A DNA stretch of 64,000 nt from Octopus vulgaris (GCA_951406725.2 OX597838.1:15376001-15440000); one strand, 5' to 3'; counted from the stretch's first letter, positions 25,051 through 37,334 are shown. The notes: generated by a model from the letters alone, not told the origin. Made by a program: numbers and translations.

Positions 25051-25650
25051 TTTTATTGTTGTTAAATTAAGTCTATCATGTTGTGCAGAAGCTGGCTTAA
25101 TGATTAAAGATTAGATCAATTCTTTGGTCATGTGTCTTCTACTATTGCCCCAGGCTGATCAAAACCTTTCACTGGATTTGCTAGATGGAAATTGAAAGGA
25201 GCCTGTCATGTATATATATATATATATATGTATGTATATGTGTATTTGAGTATGTATTTTTGGTTGGGGCTTGAAAATTGCACTGCTGCTGTATCTTTGT
25301 TGTGTGTGCACTGAGGTCATAGAGCAAATGAGTTATTTTAGCTATTGTTTACAGATTGTAACACACACACACACACACACAGACACACACACACACACAC
25401 ACACACAGCTAATCTGTCATAGTTCTTATGTTTTTGTTTTGGTTTGTTTACTGTTTGTTGTCTTATCTTTCACCTTATCCATCCTTCTCCCCACCTTCCT
25501 ACCTACTTCTAACTCATCAGTTCTCATATCTCCAGTTTCATCTCTACATTCTCTGACTGTTGCATTTCGATTGAACTTTATTGAACTGATCTGAACTACT
25601 GCCAAAGTATGTTGTCTGTTGTCTATTAACTTTCACTATAATCTACCAAA

Positions 25651-25714
<64 letters not shown>

Positions 25715-26420
25715 CATATTTATCGTTTATCATTTGTTCATATATCATACAGGATTTTAAAAAAATTCATACAATACAACAGATAAATTAGATCAGTCAT
25801 GTTTTCAATGTGCCTTCTCTCTCGTTCTCTTCCCTCCATCCTCCTCTCTATCTGTGAAGTAGTTGGCATTAGGAGGGGCACCCAGTTGTAAAACCCAAGC
25901 CAAAACAAACAATAAAGCCTGGTGCAGTCCCCTGGCTTGCTAGCTCCTGCCGAACCACCCAACCCATGGAAAAGAGATGTTAAATGATGATGATGATGAC
26001 AGTGTGTGTGAGTGTGTTTTATGTACGACAAACTTTAAGTGAAGAAGTACTTGACACACAAAAGTAGTGTCTGGGCTTTATTTTCGCATGGAAAACTGGT
26101 GACAGTGACTTTGCAGTTTCACTGGACTAACTGGAGATATTCCCTTCTTTCCTGAGCGTCCAATAATACTATACTTGTTCCGCGTCCTCAATTGTTGTGT
26201 TTTTTTGTGTTTTCTTGTTTGGATTAACTATATATATATATATATATAATCAGCCGAAATTGCTAAGATGATCTGGTTCTTGACTGATGACTGAGGGCTT
26301 CGAATGTCCCGTCCTGTGGTTCTTGTGTCGTCTCTGTGGCGTTTCATGTTCTTGTCCATGTCTGTAATTATTTTTACTGTTTACCTATATATATATATAT
26401 ATATATACACAACGCCATGA

Positions 26421-26600
26421 TAGATCGTTAGCTCCTACACACATTTTTTTTCTCTCCTTGTTTTTTTTCTGTGTATCTTTCTGTCGAAGAGTGTAGGCTC
26501 GAAACGTAAAAGATTTTTCTATTCCTGAGTGCTATACTAATACATTTATTTGTTTGTACTCCACCTACCTTCGTCTTTTGTTTATTTTTGTAAACTTTCC

Positions 26601-26603
<3 letters not shown>
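26421..26603 (+). mobile_element. ~185-bp Penelope-like/retrozyme-like element ending at (TA)n
   Basis: close reverse copy at 40890-41079; both end at a (TA)n tract; both carry a hammerhead-like fold. Confidence 0.7.
26475..26514 (+). ncRNA. Putative minimal type I hammerhead ribozyme
   Basis: AUCUUU-CUGUCGA-A-GAGU(GUAG)GCUC-GAA-ACGU-A-AAAGAU: stem I, core with U at position 6, stem II, palindromic ACGU stem III. Confidence 0.6.
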
Positions 26604-26692
<89 letters not shown>

Positions 26693-26787
26693 ATATATAT
26701 ATATGTATATATATATATGTGTGTGTGTGTGTGTATATATATATATGTATATATATATATGTGTGTGTGTGTGTATATATATATATG

Positions 26788-26850
<63 letters not shown>

Positions 26851-26892
26851 ATTTTATATATATATATGTGTGTGTGTGTGTGTATATATATA

Positions 26893-26973
<81 letters not shown>

Positions 26974-27002
26974 GTGTGTGTGTGTATATATATATATATA
27001 AT
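26604..27002. repeat. Compound (TA)n(TG)m microsatellite with higher-order units
   Basis: about 400 bp of almost pure purine-pyrimidine alternation. Confidence 0.95.
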
Positions 27003-27408
27003 GTTCCTCCCTTCCCTTTCTCATGCTCACATCACTCCACCAACATGTATAAAAATCAAAGATGAAACTAAAAGCATTTTGAACAAAAATATACGGATTG
27101 CTATGCTGTTTCTGATTTATCTTGTTTGCTCTTCTATTTAACTGTGAAATGGCTTTAAACAATCTACCCCCCTACCTCACTGCTAGTTGTTTTGTTTCTT
27201 CAAATTACATTATTTTAATCTCCTTACAAGACAATTATTGATATTCCCTTGTTATTACACCCAAACATGGAGTTGAGTTTTGTTTCCAACAGTTTTATTT
27301 CAGTCACTTTTCACCACTCTCGAGTTCTCCGAAAGCAAAAACAAAACATAAAACAAAATTCTCGCTATTTTGGGAACTCTAGAAACCCAGAGGTTTATTT
27401 TAGTTTTT

Positions 27409-27442
<34 letters not shown>

Positions 27443-27711
27443 CAGTCACTCTGGGCACTTCTGCACTTATATCCAAGAATCTAGCAAATATAAACCATAT
27501 GTCCGAAGGAGCTAATAGCAGTTCTGCGTTGGCAAAAAACATTTGCGAAATTCATATATTTTGATAAGTTTGTAGGATGCTGGAAGAAATTCTCTCTCCT
27601 TCTACAGAGAAGAGCTTGTCTTGAAATGATGGCAGGCTAGACTCAGTGTCAGTATTCTGCCTTCCCATTCCATCTTGCAAACATATCCATGTTTGCAAGC
27701 TTTATTCATGA

Positions 27712-28097
27712 CTAGCAGTATCGCCCGGCGTTGCTCGGGTTTGTAAGGAAAATAACTATAAAGCATATTTAGATATTTATAGCCAAAATATAGCAAAAAA
27801 ATGGGGGAAAAAAATTATGGTAAATTTTTTTTGAGAGTTAAAAAGGTGGAGTTGCGTCCCCTAGACAGTCTGTGGTTTGTGTTTCTGATTCTCGACCCCA
27901 TGTCGAATTTATCAATTTTTTTCAGAACTGGGGGAACTTTTCAAAATTTTCGCTGCATTAGTTTTGAATTATGACATTGGGCTATGTGTGTGTCAAGTTT
28001 CATCAGAATCGGTTGAAAGCCGTGGTCAGAGTGAGGGTACAAGCAAACAGACACACAGAAACACACACAGACAAACTGCCGTTTATATAGAGAGAGA
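27712..28097 (-). mobile_element. Non-autonomous Helitron
   Basis: minus strand begins TC and ends CTAG, sits between A and T with no TSD; subterminal GC hairpin cccggcgttgctcggg (27724-27739). Confidence 0.85.
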
Positions 28098-28660
28098 TTC
28101 TAGTTTGCTTGTCTCTGTCTGTCTGTCTGTCTCTCTTTCTCTCTCTCTGAATGCTGTTGTTTTGGAAGAGTTCTTTGTAAACTTAATTTGATCTGTACTG
28201 ATTGTTATTTCTCTTTTCACATCTGCTGTGCAACTCTTCTTTATAATCCTGTACCTTTTGGTATAGTAGCATCGCTTATACCATAATGTTGAAAGTCAGT
28301 GTTACAGTTGTGTATATGGTTACTCTGTTGATCAAACTATTAAGTCTTTGGGTAGGGTTTCTCAAAACAGGCTCTCTCAGTTTTGATCTCTACTCTATTA
28401 TGATTCTAATCCATTGAGGGTGTCGGAGTCATAGAAGTTGGGACCACAATGCAAAGTTAATTTTTCCAGTATTGTTAATGTTAACTATTTAAAAAAAGAA
28501 TTTAACCTCACCATTCTGCTTTACTTATGGATCTAAAGCATTCCATAATCAGTTACTAAGATTGGGGTGTTGGTTTGGGGCCCTAATTATGGTTCAGCTC
28601 TTTGGGGGTTGACTTATTTTTATCTTGCAAAAGATAAAAATCTAAATTATTGATCTTGTT

Positions 28661-28914
28661 CAATGGTTCTCAACCGTTTTTGTTTTACCTATGAACCCCT
28701 TTGATTCCTATTTTGCTCTACTGGACCTCCATGTTAAAAAAAAACCAATTCTATTATATTTTTATAAATAAAAATTTTTAGGAATTGTATTAAACAAATA
28801 TTAAAACATGTTGGGTATTGTAGAAGTGTAATCAATTTATTACTCATAAACTTTAACAACAAAATTATTATACAGACCCCCAAAGGTCATATGAGCCCTG
28901 GTTGAGAACCACTG
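28661..28914 (+). mobile_element. hAT MITE (family G)
   Basis: TIRs CAATGGTTCTCAACC / GGTTGAGAACCACTG; 8-bp TSD atcttgtt / atctagtt. Confidence 0.85.
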
Positions 28915-29358
28915 ATCTAGTTACAAGAAGAGAAAAGGACAAGTGAAACAGACAGATGTGTTGTACTTGTATCAGTATTTGCTTTATGAAACCAACTTAC
29001 CAAGTATAACTTATCAAGTCGCATAATTTGAAGTTGATCTGACAGATTATAGATTTCATTTAAATCATTGGATTGAAAGTCAAAAACTGACTTGATGACA
29101 TGTAGTCGTGACTTTGAGATTAAACCACAGCACTATGTCCAACTGGTGTTCATTCACATTGTTTTTTCCAAGCGTAAATTGGTGGAGTAAGTGAATTAGA
29201 CTGACTTCAAATAAGACTCCAAACTGTCAACTCTGAATAGCTTCCTTTTATTCTATGGCACCTTGTTCAGTTTGGCTAAGTACTAGAAATATTTCTGGTT
29301 ATGTGTTTAAATATAACTGAAATTGCTTCATAGATTCCTGGTCAAGATTTTGTTAATG

Positions 29359-29638
29359 TTGCCAGCCTCGCCTGGCCCCCGTGCCGGTGGCACATAAAAA
29401 GCACCATCCGTTCGTGGCCGTTTGCCAGCTCTGTCTGGCACCTGTGTGGGTGGCACGTAAAAAGCACCCACTACACTCACGGAGTGGTTGGCGTTAGGAA
29501 GGGCATCCAGTCGTAGAAACACTGCCAAATCTGACTGGGCCTGATGAAGCCTTCTGGCTTCACAGACCCCAGTTGAACTGTCCAACCCATGCTAGCATGG
29601 AAAACGGACGCTAAACGATGATGATGATGATGATGATG
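29359..29638 (+). mobile_element. RTE LINE 3' UTR (family D), young
   Basis: internal repeat ggtggcacgtaaaaagcacc; (GAT)n tail. Confidence 0.85.
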
Positions 29639-30377
29639 TAATAATGCATCTAAGGTGTTGAGCTGGTGGAATAGTTAGCATGTTGGGCAAAATGCTTAGC
29701 TGCCTTTTGTCCATCTTCATATTCTGAGTTCAAATTCCACCATGGTTGACTTTGCCTTTCATCACTTCGGTCAATGTAATCAACTTGCCCCCACCCACAA
29801 ACTCATTGGCCCTGTGCCAAAATTTAAAATATAGATATTGCATCACCAAATGAGAAACGACTATCTTGGTTTCAGCTGACCATGACTCAAAGTAAGTTTT
29901 ACATCAGAGAAGGATGACCGTTGAATTACTGTCAATCTTTCATGCAAAAATATCCTGACACTTAATAACTAAAGATTAAAATCACAAAACATTTTCTGCT
30001 GTTCTCTTTCCTCCCTCCCCTGAACATTGCTCTCGGATTTTCTCAATTCTTCCCATCCTTGTCACACTACCAGTCTCTGCTATCAGATGCCTCTTGCCCT
30101 TTACTGTACTAACTTGAGATCAATAGTTAGTAGTAAAGTTTTCTAGGCTGTGACCTTTTCTGTGAAGGACATGATTTATAAAATACTTGGTGTTTACATC
30201 TCACTCAGACTGGAGGTATTTTTAAGAGAGCAAGGTTAATGCCTGGGGATATTAAGACCTAATGTTTTCTTGGATGTGTGATCTTAGTCATGAAATATCC
30301 TGATTTACAAATATTTAGTGTTAACATCTCGCAAAAACTGGTTGTTTTATGAGCTTGTTTTATAAAGAATCCTCTGT

Positions 30378-30570
30378 ATGGTCATTCGACCTGTTAAAAA
30401 TAGCAACCAAATCTCTCTCAAACTGCACCCTACCATTTAAAAAAAACAACAATACTTGATAATGAAGTTGTTGGTACCCTGTGCCTCAATATTAGATTGG
30501 ATGGTGTTGGCATGAATGCCTTTGATCATAAGTTTGTTGGAACAGGAATGTCCTGTGGTTAAACAATAAC
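30378..30570 (+). mobile_element. Old interspersed repeat (family H; some copies end in (CAA)n)
   Basis: gacctg..aaatagcaaccaaatctctctcaaa..caccctac..ctttgatcataag motifs recur near 8940, 22540(-), 31410, 43400(-), 62150(-), 63010. Confidence 0.6.
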
Positions 30571-32950
30571 TGGAGAACTTTACGAAACAAGGTGAAAGTA
30601 AAAATGCCATTGTAATATCCATGTGAGGAAGCGCATTGGTGATATAAAAGATGTGTTGCTGAACAGTGGCTTTAGTACTAATTATGACATGTCAGCCTTG
30701 ATGCTAATCCATCTGCTCAAGGTGAAATCGTTTGTTATAAAACTGTAAAGCTCTTTTTATCTCTTACTCCTCAGACTTAGTTCCTCCTCTTCCTATATCT
30801 ACTCTTCTGTCTGTCTGTCTGTCTCTCTCTGTACTTTGTGTATGCACACACACACCACCTCCACCACCACCATTATCATCATCATCATCAATCTGTTTTC
30901 CATGCTGGCATGGGTTGTATGAATTACTAGTCATGGTCAGGGGATCATTCCACTTTCATCTACTTTCATTTGATGCAGTTTCTGTGGCTGGATGCCCTTC
31001 TTAACACCAACTGCTTTGCACCACCATGCACTGGATGCATTTTACAGAATGTACTGCATGCACCTCCCCAGTATTGGTGCCTGCTACCAACATTGGTGAG
31101 GTGGTCATGTCCTTGTCAAGATAAGACTTAACATTTCTCTTAACCTTATATTTACATTCATCTATTCACACATGCACACACACCCAATAGGCTTCTGTTT
31201 AACGTCTGCCAAATCTACTAACAAGACTTTGTGTGACACTCATGGTATCACAGTGGACTGAACTTGAAACCATGCAGTTGTGAAGCAGAAGGCACCAGGG
31301 TCAACAAAAGGCACACAAGAGGTGTTTTGTGTGAGTCTGTTTGTGGGATCATAGGTGAAATTTCTCTCGTAAGGAGTAAATTTTACCCAGTTTGTCAACC
31401 CTTAGTCTATATGGTTGTTCAGTCTGCTAGCAATAGCTGTCAAATTACTCTTAAATATGCACCCAAGTATCTTAATGAAAAAGGAGTACGCTGGATAATG
31501 TAGTCTGTGTAAGACTTATATGAAGTCGGCTGGTAAGAAAAAAATGGGTTGGTCATGGCTGAAAATATCTTTAATCATAGGTCTAATCAATCAGGGTCAT
31601 TGCCTTGTGACTAAGCAAGATGGGAACATATTATTAGACTTGTTTAGTAACAATCTCTTGATTTTGAATGAATTCTATATCACAATGTATATATTTAACC
31701 TTGATCTGAAATAATAATTACTGCTGTTAATAACATCATAGAAGGTGAACGAACATGTGGGGATCTCACAACATAGGATGGTAATTTTGACCTAGTTTTG
31801 TTACAGTTAGAACACTGCATGCTGTGTGTGTGTGTCTGTGTGGAGCTATATAGAGAATCATCATTTAATGTCCATTTTCCATGCTGACATGGGTTGGATG
31901 GTTTGACAGTGCTAGTAAAGCCAGGGTCTGCACCAGGCTCCATTGTCTGTTCTGGGATGGTTTCTATGGATGCCCTTCTTAATGCCAACCACTCCACAGA
32001 ATGCATTGGGTACTTTTTTATGTGGCATCACAAATATGAGTGCTTTTTATGTGGTGCTAGCACTAGTGCTTTTTATGTGGCATCAGTATTGGTATTACTT
32101 CTACTGTGGTGGATGGGTCTTCTTGAGTACAGTAAGGTGCCAGTAGGTATATGTATGTAAATGTATATGTTTGTAGATTTGGTGGTAAATAGAAAAGGTT
32201 ATGTAGCACACCACGAAGCTTGAGCATAAGGATTTTTAACATAGCAAGGTTAATGCCTGGGGATATAAAGACCTGATGTTTTCTTGGCTGTGTGGTCTTA
32301 TTTATGAAATATCCTGATTTACAAATATTTAGTGTTAACATCTCACAAAAACTGGTTGTTTTATGAGCTTGTTTTATAAAGAATCCTCTGCATGGTCATT
32401 TGACCTGTTAAAAATGGGAACCAAATCTCTCTCAAATTGTACCCTAATATCACCAGTGGTGATATTACTTCTCCTCTCCATTATTTCAGAGACTTTAGCT
32501 TATATAGATGCAGGAATGGCTGTGTGGTAAGAAGTTCATTTCCCTACCACATGGTTTTGGGTTCAGTCCCACTGCATGGCACTTTGGTCAAGTGTCCTCT
32601 ACTATTGCCCTAGGCTGATCGAAACCTTTCACTGGATTTGCTAGATGGAAATTGAAAGGAGCCTGTCATGTATATACATATATGTATGTATATGTGTATT
32701 TGAGTATGTATTTCCTTCTTCTGCAGTCTTTATAAACAAAGAAGGCTCCTTCTAGTTCTAGCTTTCTATGTGAACATGTCTCGGCTGTTTGTTGATCAAT
32801 CGACTAGGAGGGGTTATTACTTTGGAAACAAGTGGAGGTTGATGACAGAAAGGGCATCAGCCCTAGAAAATTCTGCCCTAATGCATTCCCATCTGACCTA
32901 TGTAAGCATGTAAGCACATAAAAGTAGACACTAAAACTATGATGGTGGTG

Positions 32951-32992
<42 letters not shown>

Positions 32993-33531
32993 TTTGTATG
33001 TGTGTGTATGCTTTGTTGTGTAATGCATAACCTTTCTCTTGCACTCCACATTTCTATGCGTGTATACGCACACACACACATAACTTAAGGGTTCAGAGTA
33101 ACCTCAGTTGGGAAATGTTGAGCGCATTTGAGTCAAGGCTTCACTGTTATTGCTCTGAGTTTCCTGTTAGTTCCACAATGCTTCTCAGGAATGTGACAAT
33201 AACAGGACATTTGGAGTAGCAAAGGAGTATTTGAAACCTGAGCTTCAAGCAAGTAAGCACACACATGCATGCGTGTGCAACACATATGCGCGTGAGCAAA
33301 AAAAAAAATCCCACTTGTATCATAACTAGGATTTTCAAGTTTCAAGGTTAAGTATGTATACAGATTACACTTATATACTTAATAACCTGGTTTTATCTGT
33401 TTCAGCATAGATTAAGTATGTTAATAGGAATAGGAAACTTTAATCCTCCATACATACTTTTCCAAATTCTATACACTTCCATTATTTGTCTGTGCTGATT
33501 ATTGCAGATTTAGACATGGCATATATATTTT

Positions 33532-33612
<81 letters not shown>

Positions 33613-33614
33613 GT

Positions 33615-33920
33615 GGAGGCGCAATGGCCTAGTGGTTAGGGCAGCGGACTCGCGGTCGTAGGATCACAGTTTCGATTCCCAGACCGGGCATTGTGAGTCT
33701 TTATTGAGCGAAAACACCTAAAGCTCCACGAGGCTCCAGCAGGGGGTGGCGCCGATCCCTGCTGTACTCTTTTGCCACAACTTTCTCTCACTCTTTCTTC
33801 TGTTGGCCTGCTCGCTTAGCCAGCGGGGTGGCGTCATTTAAAGGCTAAAACAATGCGAAGCACATTGTGACCAGCGATGTGTAGCAACATCTGATAGCCT
33901 GGTCGGTCGCAGTGATCACA
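33615..33920 (+). mobile_element. tRNA-derived SINE (family A), second copy
   Basis: near-identical to 1192-1490; embedded in (CA)n/(TA)n. Confidence 0.88.
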
Positions 33921-33923
33921 GGG

Positions 33924-33981
<58 letters not shown>

Positions 33982-35229
33982 ACTTCTATATTTTTCTATG
34001 CTTGTATGGGTAATGGGGATCCTCATAAGCACACCAGTTTACTACTTGTTGCAGTCTTTAGTCATTTTCTTTGTGATGTTCAACATCCTGAAATCAACTT
34101 TCATGACTTCTCATATCTTTTTTCAGTTATTCTCTCTTGAAGTTTCCATCCAGTCGAATAATTTAGCACTTCTTTATTCAACTCCCATCCTTCAAATATG
34201 TCACATGCCCACGCGCCTCTCTCTTGCATGTTACATCTTGATTCTTTCTTACCCAAGATGGAGATGAGTATCAATATTTCCATGTGTTAGGCTTGATAAT
34301 TGTTGAGAGGTTTCTCTCTCTCTCTCTCTCCCCCTCTCCCCTCTCTCTCTGTTTTACCATCACCAAAACCATCTGGTTGCAAAACAAGTTTTCTTTATTT
34401 TGTTTGTTTCCTTGCTCAATCCTTCTTTCTTTTGTTTTTTATACCCTATTTCTTTGTTCTTTTATTCTCTTGTTTATTCTCTTTAGTTTTTGTTTTTCCA
34501 TTTTCTTATTCATTTTATTTCTACGTCCCTTTGATATCTTCATTCATTCTGTTGTTATCCTCCTTCATTCATTCTTCCATTTGTTCCTCATTACCATTTC
34601 TTTCTTTCATTCATTCATTCCTACCTTGTCCTGCTTTCTTTCTTTGTCCTTCTCATCAGTCTGTTCCAAGTCCTTAACTTTTTTTCTCTGTGACATTGTA
34701 GAACGTTAGCCATCATTATATATAATTATTCGAGATGGATCACATAGTTGAGTGCAGTAATACAGAGGAGACAACAACCAGTGAATCTCCTTGCTCACAC
34801 AAACACACACACACTGTTATTGTTCCAATTTAAGCATAAAGGACTAATGGAGAAATATGAAAAATTAAAATGATTAAATTTGAACATAGTCATGATTTTA
34901 ATCTAGCACACTTGAAAGACAAGCTAATCTCTCTTTACGCACAATATCTAAGTTATTTATTCTTTTATTGGTTTTGGTCATTGAACTACAAACTGATGGG
35001 GCATCACCTTTAAGGGTTTTAGTCAGTCGTATCAACTCTTGTTCTTATTTTTGATCTGTTCAGTCTGGTACCTATTCAATACACACACACAAAATATTGG
35101 AATGTGTTGCTCACAAACCATATATATATATATATATATGTGTATATTATATATATGATGATGATGATGATGATATATTATTATGATTATTATTGTTGTT
35201 TTAAATATTTAATGTTTTCATTACGAAAT

Positions 35230-35291
35230 GTCTTTTTTTTTCTTTCTTCTGTATCTAATGTTATGCTTTTTCCTTATTTTGCAGGTAAGCA
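35230..35291 (+). other. Candidate recursive splice site (3'ss fused to 5'ss)
   Basis: long pyrimidine tract, branch-like CTAAT near 35255, TTTTGCAG|GTAAGC with junction 35284/35285. Confidence 0.5.
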
Positions 35292-35439
35292 TACCTTTTC
35301 AAATATTTTCCTAGTAACCCACTTCGGTAAGAGAGGTTTTACCATTTTTTTATATTTCCTAATTCTCCTCCACACTTCAAAAAAAAAAAAAAAAGAGAAA
35401 GGAAAAATGTCAATTACAAATTATCTCTTCAAAATACAT

Positions 35440-35782
35440 CAATGATAACTATCATTCTAGATAAATCAACCATAACTATTTTTTAAAAAGATGTTTTTTA
35501 AAAAATAAATCACCCATGATTATTTTTTAAAATAATAATTTATGCATGGCTGCATTTTTTAAAAAAAAGATATATCAACCAAAACTATTTTTAATGAATC
35601 AACAATAACTTTTTTCTTTTAATAAATCAGTCATCACTTTTTAAAAAAATAAATCAACCATGGAAAGTTTTAATAAGTCAGCGGTAACTATTTTTTTAAA
35701 GTAAATCGACCATAGCTATTTTTTAAAACAAGTTTATAATAACTACTTGTTTTAAGTAAATCAACTATTACTATTTTTTTTA
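35440..35782. repeat. Degenerate minisatellite, unit aaatcaaccataactatttttt
   Basis: about 10 decayed units; further units near 36400-36450 beyond the MITE/CR1 insert. Confidence 0.7.
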
Positions 35783-36398
35783 TTAACTCTTTAGCATTCA
35801 GATTACTCTATCAAATTCATTTTGAATTAAACATCTGATAGCTTCAAAATTTTAATGATGTGATTGTTTATTTTTAGAAGGACATTGTAAGTTAAGTTAA
35901 TTTTTTGGCTCAAAAAGCAAAAAGCAAGGCCATGTAGGGGGACATGGAGTTATGTACAGAGAGGGTGTTCATGCAAAGAGTTCAGGCCACTTGTGGTCAA
36001 GAGAGACTTTGAACTGAGTGGTTGTTGGCATCTTCACTATCTTGTCCGGCAGCTTATTCCACGTTTCCGCAACCCGGACAGAGAAAGCCCCTCTCCTTCG
36101 ATTGAGATGAAATCGTCACAGATTGAGCTTTTCGGAGTGACCCCGCAGCCGATGCTCTGGAGTAGGAGTGAAGAACAGCTCTTTCGAAAGGTTACACTTT
36201 CCGCTTATGATGTTGTGAGTGAGAATGAGATCACCACGGCGGCGGCGTTTTTCTAGAGACTAAAGATCGAGCGTCTTCAGCCTTTCTTCATAAAACAAAT
36301 GCTTGAGTAGATGTGAGAGGCAAGATCTGGTTGGTTTGAGTATAAAACAAGTAGAATATTTTGTCAAGATACAGTTTGTTTGAATGCTGAAGAGTTAA
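35783..36398 (+). mobile_element. piggyBac-type MITE E split by a CR1 insertion
   Basis: left part ends gacattgta (35889), resumes gtagatgtgagagg (36307); TTAA ends. Confidence 0.78.
35890..36306 (-). pseudogene. CR1-clade LINE 3' fragment (reverse transcriptase ORF2 C-terminus)
   Basis: minus strand YEERLKTLDL*SLEKRRRRGDLI...RLRGHS...AFSVRVAETWNKLPDKIVKMPTTTQFKVSLD; stop near 35969; short TTAAC-repeat tail. Confidence 0.9.
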
Positions 36399-36782
36399 TC
36401 AATCATCAAATAAACCATGGCTGATATTTTTTTTTAATCACTCAACCATGAAACGTATAACCTTATAGTCTCATTGACTCTTGTAATATTTTAGACAAAA
36501 TATACTTTCTCAAAAGCTTACTATAACATCTAGCTCAGACCTTTCTCAGCAGACTTATGATAAAAGACAATCCAACCATGTCCACGTATTTTTTAGCATT
36601 ATCCAGGAATATCCACATAAAAGACTGTCCAGTTTTGACCATTGTTGCTTGTGTACACATCTCACCTCTTGAACTGTATTCTCCAATGTGTATCACTGTA
36701 TCACTCTATACTAGGCTGGATTATGTCACTGTGGTTAAGCTGTGAGCTCGCATCAAGGTTGAAGGAAACTGTTCAGTCAGAG

Positions 36783-37037
36783 CAGTGATTCTCAACCATT
36801 TTTTTACCTGTGGATCCCTTTGTTTCCCATTTTACTCTGAGTGGAGGATCATAGCCATTCAGTATCTAAAAACTCTTTATTATATTTTTATGATTAAATG
36901 TTATTAGGAATTGTGTGAAACACTTGCTAAAATATTTTGTGTAGTGTAGAAGGTTAACCAGTTTATTGCACAAATTTTAACAACAAAATCTTACATAGAC
37001 TCCTGAGGGCCATATGGACACTGATTGAGAACCACTG
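36783..37037 (+). mobile_element. hAT MITE (family G)
   Basis: TIRs CAGTGATTCTCAACC / GATTGAGAACCACTG; body homologous to 28661-28914; TSD not recognisable. Confidence 0.8.
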
Positions 37038-37334
37038 AGGTAGTGCTTGTCACCTTGTTTAGTGAAACTCATGTAGCCAATCTTATTGGTAGTTGTATCT
37101 CACACACACTGTCATTAACTGACAGTATTGAGGCATGAGCTGGGATTGCCTCACTTCTTCCTTTACAATTTGGTGGTGTTATAACATGGTAAGAATTGCA
37201 GTGGTTTATGGAGCACTGGGTGTGACGAGCCAATTGGCTAGTTTTTGATTCTGTTTATGTTGTAAATAACCAAAGTAAAGGTATTAATGCCAAAGATTAT
37301 CTCTTTTCCATACATACATACATACATACATATA

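Noticed and set aside
26550-27141. Long ORFs of 120-195 aa rich in Y/I/C/V
   Set aside because: Translations of stop-free (TA)/(TG) microsatellite
34284-34709. Hydrophobic 141-aa ORF suggesting a membrane protein
   Set aside because: Pyrimidine-rich low-complexity DNA yields F/L/S automatically
35440-35782. CRISPR-like spaced repeats
   Set aside because: Eukaryotic context, degenerate units, no unique spacers, no cas genes
35993-36256. 87-aa + strand ORF
   Set aside because: Antisense of the CR1 RT fragment
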